The notes beneath the pieces were generated by a model. That model saw only the letters and a list, made by a program, of their open reading frames with translations. It did not search any database and was not told the DNA's origin. Of a stretch of DNA of 64,000 nucleotides, positions 54,253 through 63,246 are shown piece by piece. Made by a program: the position numbers and the translations under genes. Position 1 is the stretch's first letter. Each line of letters begins with the position of its first letter. The DNA lies in the NCBI GenBank assembly GCA_964563425.1, contig CAZLWY010000243.1, positions 4,247 through 68,246 on the forward strand, written 5' to 3'. This stretch comes from an uncultured Acidobacteriaceae bacterium (GTDB lineage Bacteria; Acidobacteriota; Terriglobia; Acidiferrales; UBA7541).

Positions 54253-56829
54253 TCAATTTTCCGCCTGCGTCTTAAAGCGGTTCTTATCGATTCGAAGTGA
54301 CCGAATCCTCGATTCCAGCGTGGACCGCGGGATGCCCAGCTTGGCTGCAGCCCCTGTGGGTCCGAACACCCGGCCGCGACTTTCTTTCAGCGCAGCCTCA
54401 ATCATGATCTTCTCTTGGGCCACGAGTTTTAAAGAGAGCTCCATTGGGTCCTTCGGTTCTGGGGGAGAAGGCTGCTGTGGAAGCCAGCTTCCATCAATCG
54501 AGAAGCTTTCCGTCTCGCAAAGCAGTACGGACCGCTCGATGACATTCTGTAATTCGCGTATGTTTCCGGGCCAAGGATAGGACCGCAGCAATTCGAGCGT
54601 CTTCTTGCTGATATCCCGTATATTCTTGCCGGCTTTTCGCGCGTAGCGATCGATGAAGTATTCAACCAAGAGGGCAATGTCCTCTCCCCGCTCTCGAAGA
54701 GGTGGAATCTCGATCGGGAAAACATGCAGGCGGTAAAACAAATCGCTGCGGAAGGAGCCGGCACGGATGGCCGCCTGTAAGTCGCGGTTGGTGGCTGCGA
54801 TGACCCGGACGTCAGCGCGGATTCGGCGAGTCCCACCAACCCGTTCAAATTCGTGTTCCTGCAACACACGCAGAAGGGCAACCTGAGTTTCGGGAGGAAG
54901 CTCGCCTGCTTCGTCAAGAAAGATCGTGCCTCCACTTGCCAATTCGAATCGACCCAAGCGCTGCTGAGTCGCCCCTGTGAAGGCCCCCTTCTCGTGGCCG
55001 AACAACTCCGAGGCGATCAAATCTCGCGGGATGGCGGCACAATTCACGCTAACGAATGCGCGCGAGGCTCGGTTTGATCGTCGGTGGATGGCGCGTGCAA
55101 CAAGCTCCTTGCCCGTTCCCGTTTCACCGGTGATGAGAACGGTAGAGTCACTTCGCGCAACTTTAGTGACGCGCGAGAGTACAGTCTGCAAGGGTGGAGA
55201 GGTCCCCACAATCTCTTCGAACATCGAGGCCTTGTCGACCTCTTCTCGCAGAGCGACGTTTTCTCGGCGAAGATTGTCCTCAGCCTGCTTTCGGTCTTCG
55301 ATATCCGTCCCGGTGACATACCAGCGCGTAATCTGCCCCTGTTCGTCGTGCAAGGGGTTGTAACGGGCCAAAAACCACCGGTAACCTCCGTCGCTTTTGC
55401 GCAGTCGCATCTCCAGCTCGAAAGCAGAGCCGTCGGAGACAGCACGAGCCGAGTGGCTGGTGACCCGCTCCCAGTCATCGGGATGAACAAACTCGGTGGT
55501 GTAGCTCGGAACGGCGCTCTTAAATCTGTGCCTCCACTCCTCCAGGGTAAGACCGAGGTAATCGAGCAGGATGCGGTTAGCGTAAAGATTTTCGCTATCC
55601 GGTCCGAATACAGCAACATTTTGGGGCGCGAGGTCCAGGATCTGCCGGAGCCCCGTCTCTTGCTCTCTGATCACCGCTTCTGCGTGGCGTTGCTCGCTGA
55701 CGTCGGTAACTGCTCCTACAAACTCGAGGTTGCCTTCGATGTCCCGAGACGGATGAGCCGTAACACGAACATGCTTCACGGGGCCGTCTGGCATTTGTAG
55801 CCGAATCTCAAAATCGAAAGCCTTGCCGACCAGCGATGCTCGCTCGAATTGTAGCTGCACCACTCCGCGGTCCTCCGGATGAACTCGGGTGAGGGCGAAT
55901 TCGAGCGTTGGATTCGTATCGGGATCGCACTGAAAGATTCGGAAGGTCTCGTCCGACCAGAGTATCTCCCCGCTGGCAACCTTCCATCCGAAGCTGCCGG
56001 TATGGCTAAGTCTTTGGGCTTCGGCCAAGTAGGCTTCCCTCCGTCGGAGTTCCTGGGTCAGAAGCTCGTGCTCCGTGACGTCGATGGCGCTGCCGACGTA
56101 CTTCTTGAGGCCTCGGGCGTCGACTAAAGGAACACCGACGCAACGAATGTAGCGGAGCTCGCCATCGGGTCGCAGGATGCGCTTCGTGGCGTCGAAGGGC
56201 GTGTTTTCCGCCACGAGCCGGTGGATCAGATTTGCCATGGATTCGTGGTCCTGGGGGTGGATGAAACCCAAGTATTCCTGAACGCTAGGAGCCTTGCTGG
56301 CCGGATCGAGACCGTGCATTCGAAACAATTCAGGAGACCAGTAGTCGAATCCATCCGGGTCGAAGGTCCAGCTTCCCATTTGGCCAAGACGCTGCCCTTC
56401 GGCGAGATAGAACTCGTTCCGCCGCCAGGCTTGCTCAGCTCGCTTGCGCTCCTCGATATCCATGCTCGATCCGTACCACTTGACGATGTTGCCGCAATCA
56501 TCCCGGAGCGGCACCTTGCGATGGAACATCCAGCGGTATTCTCCATCTGCGCGGCGGACCCGAGTTTCGTATTCGAAGACCTCTCCGGACGCGAGGCAGG
56601 CGAGCCACGTGGCGACAATCCCTTCAACGTCCTCAGGATGAATGAAAGCTCTCCAATTCCAGCCGCTCACTTGTTCCAGTGTGGCGCCCAGGTATTCCAG
56701 CCAAGGTTTATTGAAGTAATCGAGGTAGCCGTCGGGCATACCGGTGTGTATCAGCGCGGGAATCGAATCGACGAGAAGCTGAATATTCAACGACCCGGGT
56801 TGCGGTCCTGGGGAGGCCATGGCGCGCAT
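54253..56829 (-). CDS. sigma-54-dependent activator with about four N-terminal PAS domains
   Basis: Repeated PAS-like blocks with W/Y-rich motifs (EYRWMFHR, ELRYIRCV, GYRWFLAR). GHEKGAFTGA loop, Walker [10 protein letters not shown]-terminal HTH. Confidence 0.95.
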   Translation of the reverse strand: MRAMASPGPQPGSLNIQLLVDSIPALIHTGMPDGYLDYFNKPWLEYLGATLEQVSGWNWRAFIHPEDVEGIVATWLACLASGEVFEYETRVRRADGEYRWMFHRKVPLRDDCGNIVKWYGSSMDIEERKRAEQAWRRNEFYLAEGQRLGQMGSWTFDPDGFDYWSPELFRMHGLDPASKAPSVQEYLGFIHPQDHESMANLIHRLVAENTPFDATKRILRPDGELRYIRCVGVPLVDARGLKKYVGSAIDVTEHELLTQELRRREAYLAEAQRLSHTGSFGWKVASGEILWSDETFRIFQCDPDTNPTLEFALTRVHPEDRGVVQLQFERASLVGKAFDFEIRLQMPDGPVKHVRVTAHPSRDIEGNLEFVGAVTDVSEQRHAEAVIREQETGLRQILDLAPQNVAVFGPDSENLYANRILLDYLGLTLEEWRHRFKSAVPSYTTEFVHPDDWERVTSHSARAVSDGSAFELEMRLRKSDGGYRWFLARYNPLHDEQGQITRWYVTGTDIEDRKQAEDNLRRENVALREEVDKASMFEEIVGTSPPLQTVLSRVTKVARSDSTVLITGETGTGKELVARAIHRRSNRASRAFVSVNCAAIPRDLIASELFGHEKGAFTGATQQRLGRFELASGGTIFLDEAGELPPETQVALLRVLQEHEFERVGGTRRIRADVRVIAATNRDLQAAIRAGSFRSDLFYRLHVFPIEIPPLRERGEDIALLVEYFIDRYARKAGKNIRDISKKTLELLRSYPWPGNIRELQNVIERSVLLCETESFSIDGSWLPQQPSPPEPKDPMELSLKLVAQEKIMIEAALKESRGRVFGPTGAAAKLGIPRSTLESRIRSLRIDKNRFKTQAEN

Positions 56830-56991
56830 TATATTCCTGTTCGATGTTTTTCCAATCCCTAGCCTCCGAGCGGCGGGCTCGCTCTGTCGGTATCTTTACA
56901 AATGACGAAATGTTGGCACCTGCCCTGGAAACCGCCGCCCTTCCGCTGCTATAAGTGGCCTTTTTTCATGGGGATTCATGTCAAGCCGGCT

Positions 56992-57006
56992 CGGCACCGG
57001 AAGTGC
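56992..57006. promoter_or_regulatory. palindromic GGCAC-N5-GTGCC element, sigma-54 -24/-12-like on both strands
   Basis: CGGCACCGGAAGTGC has the GG and GC spaced as in the consensus. It lies 44 nt upstream of the ATG at 57050 and is divergent from the multi-PAS activator gene. Confidence 0.35.
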
Positions 57007-57049
57007 CCTTGACATGCTGCACCGGCAAGTGCGTCGAGGTAGATCGACT

Positions 57050-58246
57050 ATGGCCGCAGAGACCACACCATCCTCCACAACGGCACCAGCGCAGAAGCCG
57101 GAGCCGGAGCACTCTTCGGCCCGCTCCGGCGAGAATCTGCGGAAGTACGGCATCCCCCTGCTGGTCGTGCTGCTCGCGGTTGCGATCCTCGCGACGATCA
57201 CTCGGAACTGGAACTCCTGGGAGGGTGGTCGGATTGAACAGGTCACCGACGACGCCTACGTCCGTGGCGATATCACTCCACTCAGTACAAAGGTCGCTGG
57301 CCTCGTCAAGGAAGTTATGGTCTCCGACTATCAAGCGGTTCACAGCGGGGACCTCATCGTTCAGCTTGATGATGATGATTTCAATGCTCAAGTGGCTCAA
57401 GCGAGCGCCGCCGTGGAAGCAGCAAAAGCAGCGATAGAAGACAATCGACGGCAACAAAAGCTTCAAGACACACGTATTGATCGCGCTTTAGCAGGAGTTG
57501 ACCAAGCGAACGCCCAAATCGCTGCGGCCCAAGCGGGCAAAGAGGCCGCTCAAGCGGAGGTTGTGCGCACAGCATTGGAACGCAAGCGGCAAGAAGCACT
57601 CCTCCCGACGGGTTCGACCACGCCGCAGACGGTCGAGCAGGCGGTAGCAAACGAGCGACGATACAGTGCTGAGTTAGAAAGCCGTGACGCTGACCTGGTA
57701 CAAGCGAAGACATCGCTGCGGAGCAGCGAACTGACCGTTGAGGCCGAGCGCCGGACCAAGAGTGTACTCGAGTCGCAGGAGGCACAACTGACGGCGGACC
57801 TGCATGCCAAGGACGCCGCGCTGGTCGGCGCAAAGGTAAATCTAGGGTATACGCGCATCACAGCACCCGAGGATGGCACGGTCGGTGAGAGGCAGGTCCG
57901 GCGCGGGCAATTGGTATCTCCAGGGACGCAAGTGATCTCTTTTGTCAGCCGGATCAAGTGGGTGGTAGCAAACTACCGTGAAACGCAGCTCACGAACATG
58001 AAGGTCGGAGACCCTACCGAGCTTCGCATCGACGAATACCCTGGGAAAATCTTGAAAGGCAAGGTCGTGGAAATCGCTCCGGCAAGCGGTTCGCAGTTCG
58101 CTTTACTGCCACCGGACAATGCCACAGGGAACTTCACGAAAGTTGTCCAGCGTATTCCCGTAAAGATCACCCTCGACGACGAAAACGTCGCCGCGACCCT
58201 GCAACCTGGACTCTCTGTGATCGCCACCGTCCGGACCAGACGCTGA
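57050..58246 (+). CDS. HlyD/EmrA-family membrane fusion protein
   Basis: ATG at 57050 after GAGGT. TM anchor (IPLLVVLLAVAILATI). TDDAYVRGDITPLSTKVAGLVKEV, long coiled coil, ITAPEDGTVGE. Confidence 0.9.
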   Translation: MAAETTPSSTTAPAQKPEPEHSSARSGENLRKYGIPLLVVLLAVAILATITRNWNSWEGGRIEQVTDDAYVRGDITPLSTKVAGLVKEVMVSDYQAVHSGDLIVQLDDDDFNAQVAQASAAVEAAKAAIEDNRRQQKLQDTRIDRALAGVDQANAQIAAAQAGKEAAQAEVVRTALERKRQEALLPTGSTTPQTVEQAVANERRYSAELESRDADLVQAKTSLRSSELTVEAERRTKSVLESQEAQLTADLHAKDAALVGAKVNLGYTRITAPEDGTVGERQVRRGQLVSPGTQVISFVSRIKWVVANYRETQLTNMKVGDPTELRIDEYPGKILKGKVVEIAPASGSQFALLPPDNATGNFTKVVQRIPVKITLDDENVAATLQPGLSVIATVRTRR

Positions 58247-58258
58247 TCGGAGTTTTCG

Positions 58259-59932
58259 ATGTCCGCTTCATCGCTAGCCTTGCCTCAACCCACTCCAGCA
58301 CAACTCGCGCGTGGGATTGCGGGGGCCGTGCCAGCCGAGCTTTCCAAGAGCCCATTGCTCGGCATCCTCGGCGTGATTATCGGTGCGGGAGTCGTCACTC
58401 TCACGAGCCGGATGATTTCGCTCGGCCTTGCCGATTTCAAGGGCCACCAGGGATTCGGGTATGACGACGGCACTTGGATCGGGACGGCATATGACGTCGG
58501 TTTGATGTTCATCGGCCCGTTCACGGTGTACCTTGGCGGTTTGATTGGTCCTCGCCGCATCCTCTTGACGGCCGCAGGGATGTTTACGCTGATCTTGATT
58601 TTCCTGCCTTTTCTTCACAACTACGCCCTGGTCATCCTGGCTGTGGGCCTGGCTGGTTTGACGTCGGGCACCTTCTACCCCCTGACGCTCACCTTTGCTC
58701 TGCGCAATATTCCTCTTCGCTACCTTCCTTTCACAATTGCTCTCTACGCTTCATTCGTCGACGGCGCTGTGAACATCGCTCCGTCGCTCTACGGCTGGTA
58801 CAGGGACCATCTCTCGTGGCAGTGGATGTTCTGGAATTCGGCGGTGATCACGCCGATCATGATGATCTGCATTTACTTCGGAATACCGAAATCTCCCCCT
58901 GCCAAGGAGCACCGCGAAGCGCCAAGCTTCGCAGGATTTCTATACGCCAGCGCCGGCTTTGCACTGATTTTAGCCGCATGCGAACAGGGTGAAAGGCTCG
59001 ACTGGTGGCGATCTGGAGTTTTCAACGGACTGTTCGCCAGTGGCTCATTCCTACTCCTGTGCGCACTGGTTCGTCGCCTGCGCGGTCCCAACCCTCTGGT
59101 CGACATGCCTTACCTCAAGGACTGGAATACGGTTCTGCTGGGTATTGGCCTGTTCTTTTTTCGCTTCTTTCTGCTGACGACAATCATCTTGGTCCCGCAG
59201 TCTCTGGCCATCCACGGTTTCGAAGCGGATCAAATCGGGCCAGCAGTAACTTGGACGGCTGCCTCTTTCGTGCCGCTTTCGCTCGTGGCTGGCTTCCTGC
59301 TGCTTTCGAACGTAGATACCCGCCTGCTGCTGGCAGCGGGGTTTGCGAGTATGGCATTCGCATCCATTCTGAATGCCGAAATGACGAGCGCGTGGGCAGC
59401 GGCAAACTACTACCGCACCGAATTATTGATGGGGTTTGGCCAATGCTTCGCGTTCATCGGTTTGGTTTCAGCGATCATATTGCAGGCACTTTTCTCGGGT
59501 GCGTTGGTGAAGCCTCAGCGCGTCCTCACGTTTTCTGCCTTCTTTCATACCATCCGGCTTTTCGGAGGGACTCTCGGAGCCGTCGCGATGGGACGGTTCA
59601 TCGCCGAGCGGGAGAAGTTTCACTCAAACCTGCTGGGGCTGAACGTGCAGTTGGGTAGCTGGATCACCGACGGAAGCATTAGGCAACTGACAGCAGGTGC
59701 CTTTCCCAAATCGTCGGGCTTGGCTCAAGCGACAGGCCGCGCTGTAGATATCGTCGGCGGACGCGTGCGTCTTCAAGCATACACGCTGAGTCTGAACGAC
59801 GGTTTCTACCTGATTGCGTGGCTGTGCGTGATTGCCTTGCTCTTCGTAGCCTGCTTGCGACAATCGCCGCTGGAATACGGGGAGATCAGCGCCATGCAAC
59901 AGCATTCGACTCCGGCGAAGGGAGTGAAGTGA
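58259..59932 (+). CDS. MFS transporter, DHA2 (EmrB/QacA, 14-TM) type
   Basis: 557 aa with many hydrophobic segments. Positioned between an EmrA-like gene and a TolC-like gene. Confidence 0.85.
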   Translation: MSASSLALPQPTPAQLARGIAGAVPAELSKSPLLGILGVIIGAGVVTLTSRMISLGLADFKGHQGFGYDDGTWIGTAYDVGLMFIGPFTVYLGGLIGPRRILLTAAGMFTLILIFLPFLHNYALVILAVGLAGLTSGTFYPLTLTFALRNIPLRYLPFTIALYASFVDGAVNIAPSLYGWYRDHLSWQWMFWNSAVITPIMMICIYFGIPKSPPAKEHREAPSFAGFLYASAGFALILAACEQGERLDWWRSGVFNGLFASGSFLLLCALVRRLRGPNPLVDMPYLKDWNTVLLGIGLFFFRFFLLTTIILVPQSLAIHGFEADQIGPAVTWTAASFVPLSLVAGFLLLSNVDTRLLLAAGFASMAFASILNAEMTSAWAAANYYRTELLMGFGQCFAFIGLVSAIILQALFSGALVKPQRVLTFSAFFHTIRLFGGTLGAVAMGRFIAEREKFHSNLLGLNVQLGSWITDGSIRQLTAGAFPKSSGLAQATGRAVDIVGGRVRLQAYTLSLNDGFYLIAWLCVIALLFVACLRQSPLEYGEISAMQQHSTPAKGVK

Positions 59933-61293
59933 TGAATTCCTGGCGCAGGGCCTTGACAGTCGTACCATTTCTCTTCCTCTCCGTCTTCGCAGTTTCCCTT
60001 CGATCGCAGACCAGCGCACCCGCAACGCGACAAATCACGCTCTCTGAGGCGGTAGAGCTGGCCCTGAAGCACAATCACATGGTGCGCATCGCGCAATTCC
60101 AAGTCGAAGAGAGGCAGGACGCAAAGGCAGCGGCAAGAACCGGATATCTTCCAACCATTCAGAACGAGAGCAAAATCTTCAGACTCACGGATACACAGTT
60201 TGTTGGCTTTCCTACGGGGAGTCTTGGCACGGTAGACGGCACTCCGATTCCTTCATCGCCGGTAACGATCAACCAGGGTGGAAAGACAGTTGTGCTGAGC
60301 GGAACGACGCTTGCCCAACCGCTGACACAGTTGATTACCAAAATTAAGCCCGTGAATGATGCTGCGGAGGCCGATCTGAGAGCTTCACGGGCCGACGCTC
60401 AGCAAACGCAAAATGAAGTCGCCTTGAAAGTACGTCAAATTTACTACCAGATCTTGATCGCTCAACTTCGCCGAAACGCAACCTCGGCCAAGATCCGGGC
60501 CGCTCAGGAAATCGAGGGTGAACGCGTTCAGCAGGTGAAGTATGGCAGCGCGCTCAACGAGCAACTCATCGAAAGCAAAGCCGACCTACTCGAGACCAAG
60601 CAAGACTTGCTTACAACAGACTTGCAGATTTCCGACCTGACCATGCGACTCGACGATGTAATCGGGTTGCCGGTAACCACCCAGCTCACGCTGGATTCGG
60701 AGGTTCCCGTAGTTCAGGAAACGTGCGCCAGGGAAGAATGCGTAAAGGTCGCTTTGGAATCGCATCCCGAAGTTGTGGCCGCACGTGAGGAAGTGAAAAA
60801 GGCTTCCGCTGGCGTGCGTTTGGCGAAGGCCGACTACTTTCCGGACATTTCTGCTTTCGCGCGGTATAGCTATCAAAGCAGCGTCCCATTTCTCGCCCAT
60901 AACTTCGGGAGCTTCGGAGCCGAACTCAACTATGACCTTTTTGATGCAGGCAAGAGGCACGATGTTGTGAAGGAGAGGAATGCTGAGCTCGACCAGGCCA
61001 AAGAACATCTCGCGCGCGTTACGGATGATGTAGAACTTGGCGTGGAAACCGCCTTGAACGCACTGGATCGCACGAAGGAAATGGTAGACGTGTCGGAACA
61101 AGTGGTGGCCCTGCGAACCGAGGCCAGTCGTCTGACTGCGGACCAACTTTCAAGGGGCGAGGCGCTTCAGTCACAAGCTGACACCGCGGTCGCTCAAGAA
61201 CTTGACGCAAGAACGCTGCTTCTCCAGTCGCAGCTTGGCTACGTTCAAGCGCACGATGAACTGCTCGAGGCTATGGGGGTTGCCGCGCAATAG
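59932..61293 (+). CDS. TolC-family outer membrane protein
   Basis: Its ATG overlaps the MFS stop (TGATG). Signal peptide present. LSEAVELALKHNHMVRIAQ and duplicated repeats. Confidence 0.9.
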   Translation: MNSWRRALTVVPFLFLSVFAVSLRSQTSAPATRQITLSEAVELALKHNHMVRIAQFQVEERQDAKAAARTGYLPTIQNESKIFRLTDTQFVGFPTGSLGTVDGTPIPSSPVTINQGGKTVVLSGTTLAQPLTQLITKIKPVNDAAEADLRASRADAQQTQNEVALKVRQIYYQILIAQLRRNATSAKIRAAQEIEGERVQQVKYGSALNEQLIESKADLLETKQDLLTTDLQISDLTMRLDDVIGLPVTTQLTLDSEVPVVQETCAREECVKVALESHPEVVAAREEVKKASAGVRLAKADYFPDISAFARYSYQSSVPFLAHNFGSFGAELNYDLFDAGKRHDVVKERNAELDQAKEHLARVTDDVELGVETALNALDRTKEMVDVSEQVVALRTEASRLTADQLSRGEALQSQADTAVAQELDARTLLLQSQLGYVQAHDELLEAMGVAAQ

Positions 61294-61351
61294 CGCTAGA
61301 ACTGTCAGATATGGGACCTCGTTCACCAAGAAGTGAAAGGAGTCATGCCTC

Positions 61352-63064
61352 ATGAAACAGTCGATCGGAAACTTTCTGCTTCGCCGCCTTCAGGAAGCCG
61401 GCATACGCCACATTTTTGGTGTCCCCGGAGATTACAACCTCGCACTCATGCAACAGCTTGAAGACCGCGGTGAACCGGCTTGGATTGGGAATTGCAATGA
61501 GCTCAATGCCTCCTACGCGACCGATGCTTATGCGCGAATCAACGGCATCGGCGCGCTGATTGTAACGCACGGTGTCGGATCTCTTAGCGCGATTAACGGC
61601 ATCGCCGGCGCATATAGTGAGCACGTGCCCGTAATCTTGATTTGTGGATCCCTTCCACTGCGGGCCATTCAACGCGGAGATCTGATGCATCACACTCTCG
61701 CCGATCGAGAAAAAGGGAACTTCTATCGTATGTTCGCCGAGGTGACGGAGGCCCAGGCGCGACTTACTCCCGACAACGCCGTGGCTGAGATCGACCGCCT
61801 GATTACGACGGCGTGGCGCCGAAAACGCCCCGTCTACCTGGAATTGCCCTCCGACATCTCGTATCTCGAGATCGAGGCGCCCGAGGGACCCATCAAACTC
61901 GAAATGATTCCCAGCGACCAGGCGAGCCTGAAAGCCTGCACAGAGCTGATTCTGGGGAGGCTGAATGCTGCCAAGTCAGCTGCATTTCTGGTGGATATGG
62001 ATGCGATTCGTTTCGGCGTCTCCGGACAGATCATGGAGCTCGCCGAACGATTTCAAATGCCCGTTTCGACGCTGAACTGTGCCAAAGGAGCCGTACCCGA
62101 AGCTTCCAGTCATTTCATCGGAACCTACGCGGGTATTGCAAGCTCGCCCGCAACGCGCGAGGCAATTGAGCGAAGCGACTGCCTGTTGACGGTCGGTTAC
62201 AGGCGCGTCGAAACGACGGCTGGTTTCTTCACCGACCAACTACCCGCTTCTGCCATCCACCTGAATTCCGAGAGTGTCGATACAACAGGCAAGAATTATC
62301 AGGGGGTTTATATTGCGGAGCTCTTGCAGTCCATACTCGACTCGTCTTCGCGCATTGCCACGAAGAGAGAGCCAACTCGTCAGTCGAAGCAGTTGGCTTT
62401 TGTTCCCTCAGACGATCCCCTCACTCAAGACGCATATTGGAAGGCGATTCAGAATTTCTTGCGTTCCGGAGATGTGATCGTGGTGGAAGACGGAGCATCA
62501 AGCGCGGGTATGGGTCGACTCACGCTGCCCCTGGAGTGCACTTATATCACCGGGGCTTTTGTCTGGTGTTCGATCGGCTATGCGACACCGGCACTGCTCG
62601 GAGCCATTCTTGCTACCCCGGGGCGGCGTCACATCTTGCTTACCGGAGAAGGATCACTCCAGATGACCGTGCAGGAGCTCTCGACCGTCATGCGGCATGA
62701 CCTCAAGCCCCTCATCTTCGTGATTAACAACTCGGGATACACAGTCGAAAGAGCCGTTCTGGGCAAGGACGCCAAGTACAACGACGTCGCGAACTGGCGG
62801 TATTCGGAATTGCCGAACGTCTTTTCTCGTGACAGCAAGGCAGAGACTCACGTCGTTCGGACGAGCAATGAATTGCAAAAGGTGTTCGACTCTCCGCATT
62901 CTGGCATGGTCTTTGTGGAGACTGTCATGGACAAGTACGATGCGCCAATCGACCTGATCGTGGGTGGTCACGCGCTCGCCGATTCCGATTACGGAGTGCC
63001 CGGGCCGCAGGCGGCGGTGAACGCGCAAATCGAGATGCCGCGCCGCGCCGCGACGTCGACCTAG
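61352..63064 (+). CDS. thiamine-diphosphate-dependent 2-keto-acid decarboxylase (pyruvate/indolepyruvate/phenylpyruvate decarboxylase family)
   Basis: IGNFLLRRLQEAGIRHIFGVPGDYNL.. N-terminus. ThDP motif GEGSLQMT..FVINNSGYTVE. Confidence 0.9.
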   Translation: MKQSIGNFLLRRLQEAGIRHIFGVPGDYNLALMQQLEDRGEPAWIGNCNELNASYATDAYARINGIGALIVTHGVGSLSAINGIAGAYSEHVPVILICGSLPLRAIQRGDLMHHTLADREKGNFYRMFAEVTEAQARLTPDNAVAEIDRLITTAWRRKRPVYLELPSDISYLEIEAPEGPIKLEMIPSDQASLKACTELILGRLNAAKSAAFLVDMDAIRFGVSGQIMELAERFQMPVSTLNCAKGAVPEASSHFIGTYAGIASSPATREAIERSDCLLTVGYRRVETTAGFFTDQLPASAIHLNSESVDTTGKNYQGVYIAELLQSILDSSSRIATKREPTRQSKQLAFVPSDDPLTQDAYWKAIQNFLRSGDVIVVEDGASSAGMGRLTLPLECTYITGAFVWCSIGYATPALLGAILATPGRRHILLTGEGSLQMTVQELSTVMRHDLKPLIFVINNSGYTVERAVLGKDAKYNDVANWRYSELPNVFSRDSKAETHVVRTSNELQKVFDSPHSGMVFVETVMDKYDAPIDLIVGGHALADSDYGVPGPQAAVNAQIEMPRRAATST

Positions 63065-63246
63065 CACTGGTCGGCTGGCGAATGCCAAAGAAAATCTTGC
63101 GTGTATGAAGGACGACGTAGAGCTTGGGCGTCGAAGGTGCCTTGCATCGGCTCGTTCCGACGAAAGAGACGGTAGATGTTTCCGCCTCAACGATCCGGAA
63201 CAGGGATGCGGAGCAGGCACGCGGGCGCGCTTCCAAGGAGGCGAGT

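Noticed and set aside
56914-56928. TGGCAC-CTGCC-CTGG on the plus strand, upstream of the emrA-like gene
   Set aside because: The -24 half is perfect, but the -12 GC is replaced by GG. I kept it only as a secondary note under the 56992 element.
63065-63246. Looked for an FMN (RFN) riboswitch upstream of ribBA
   Set aside because: I could not find the conserved RFN core segments (for example the GGGGCAGGGTGAAATTCCC-type stretch) in the 182-nt leader. An Infernal scan would be decisive.
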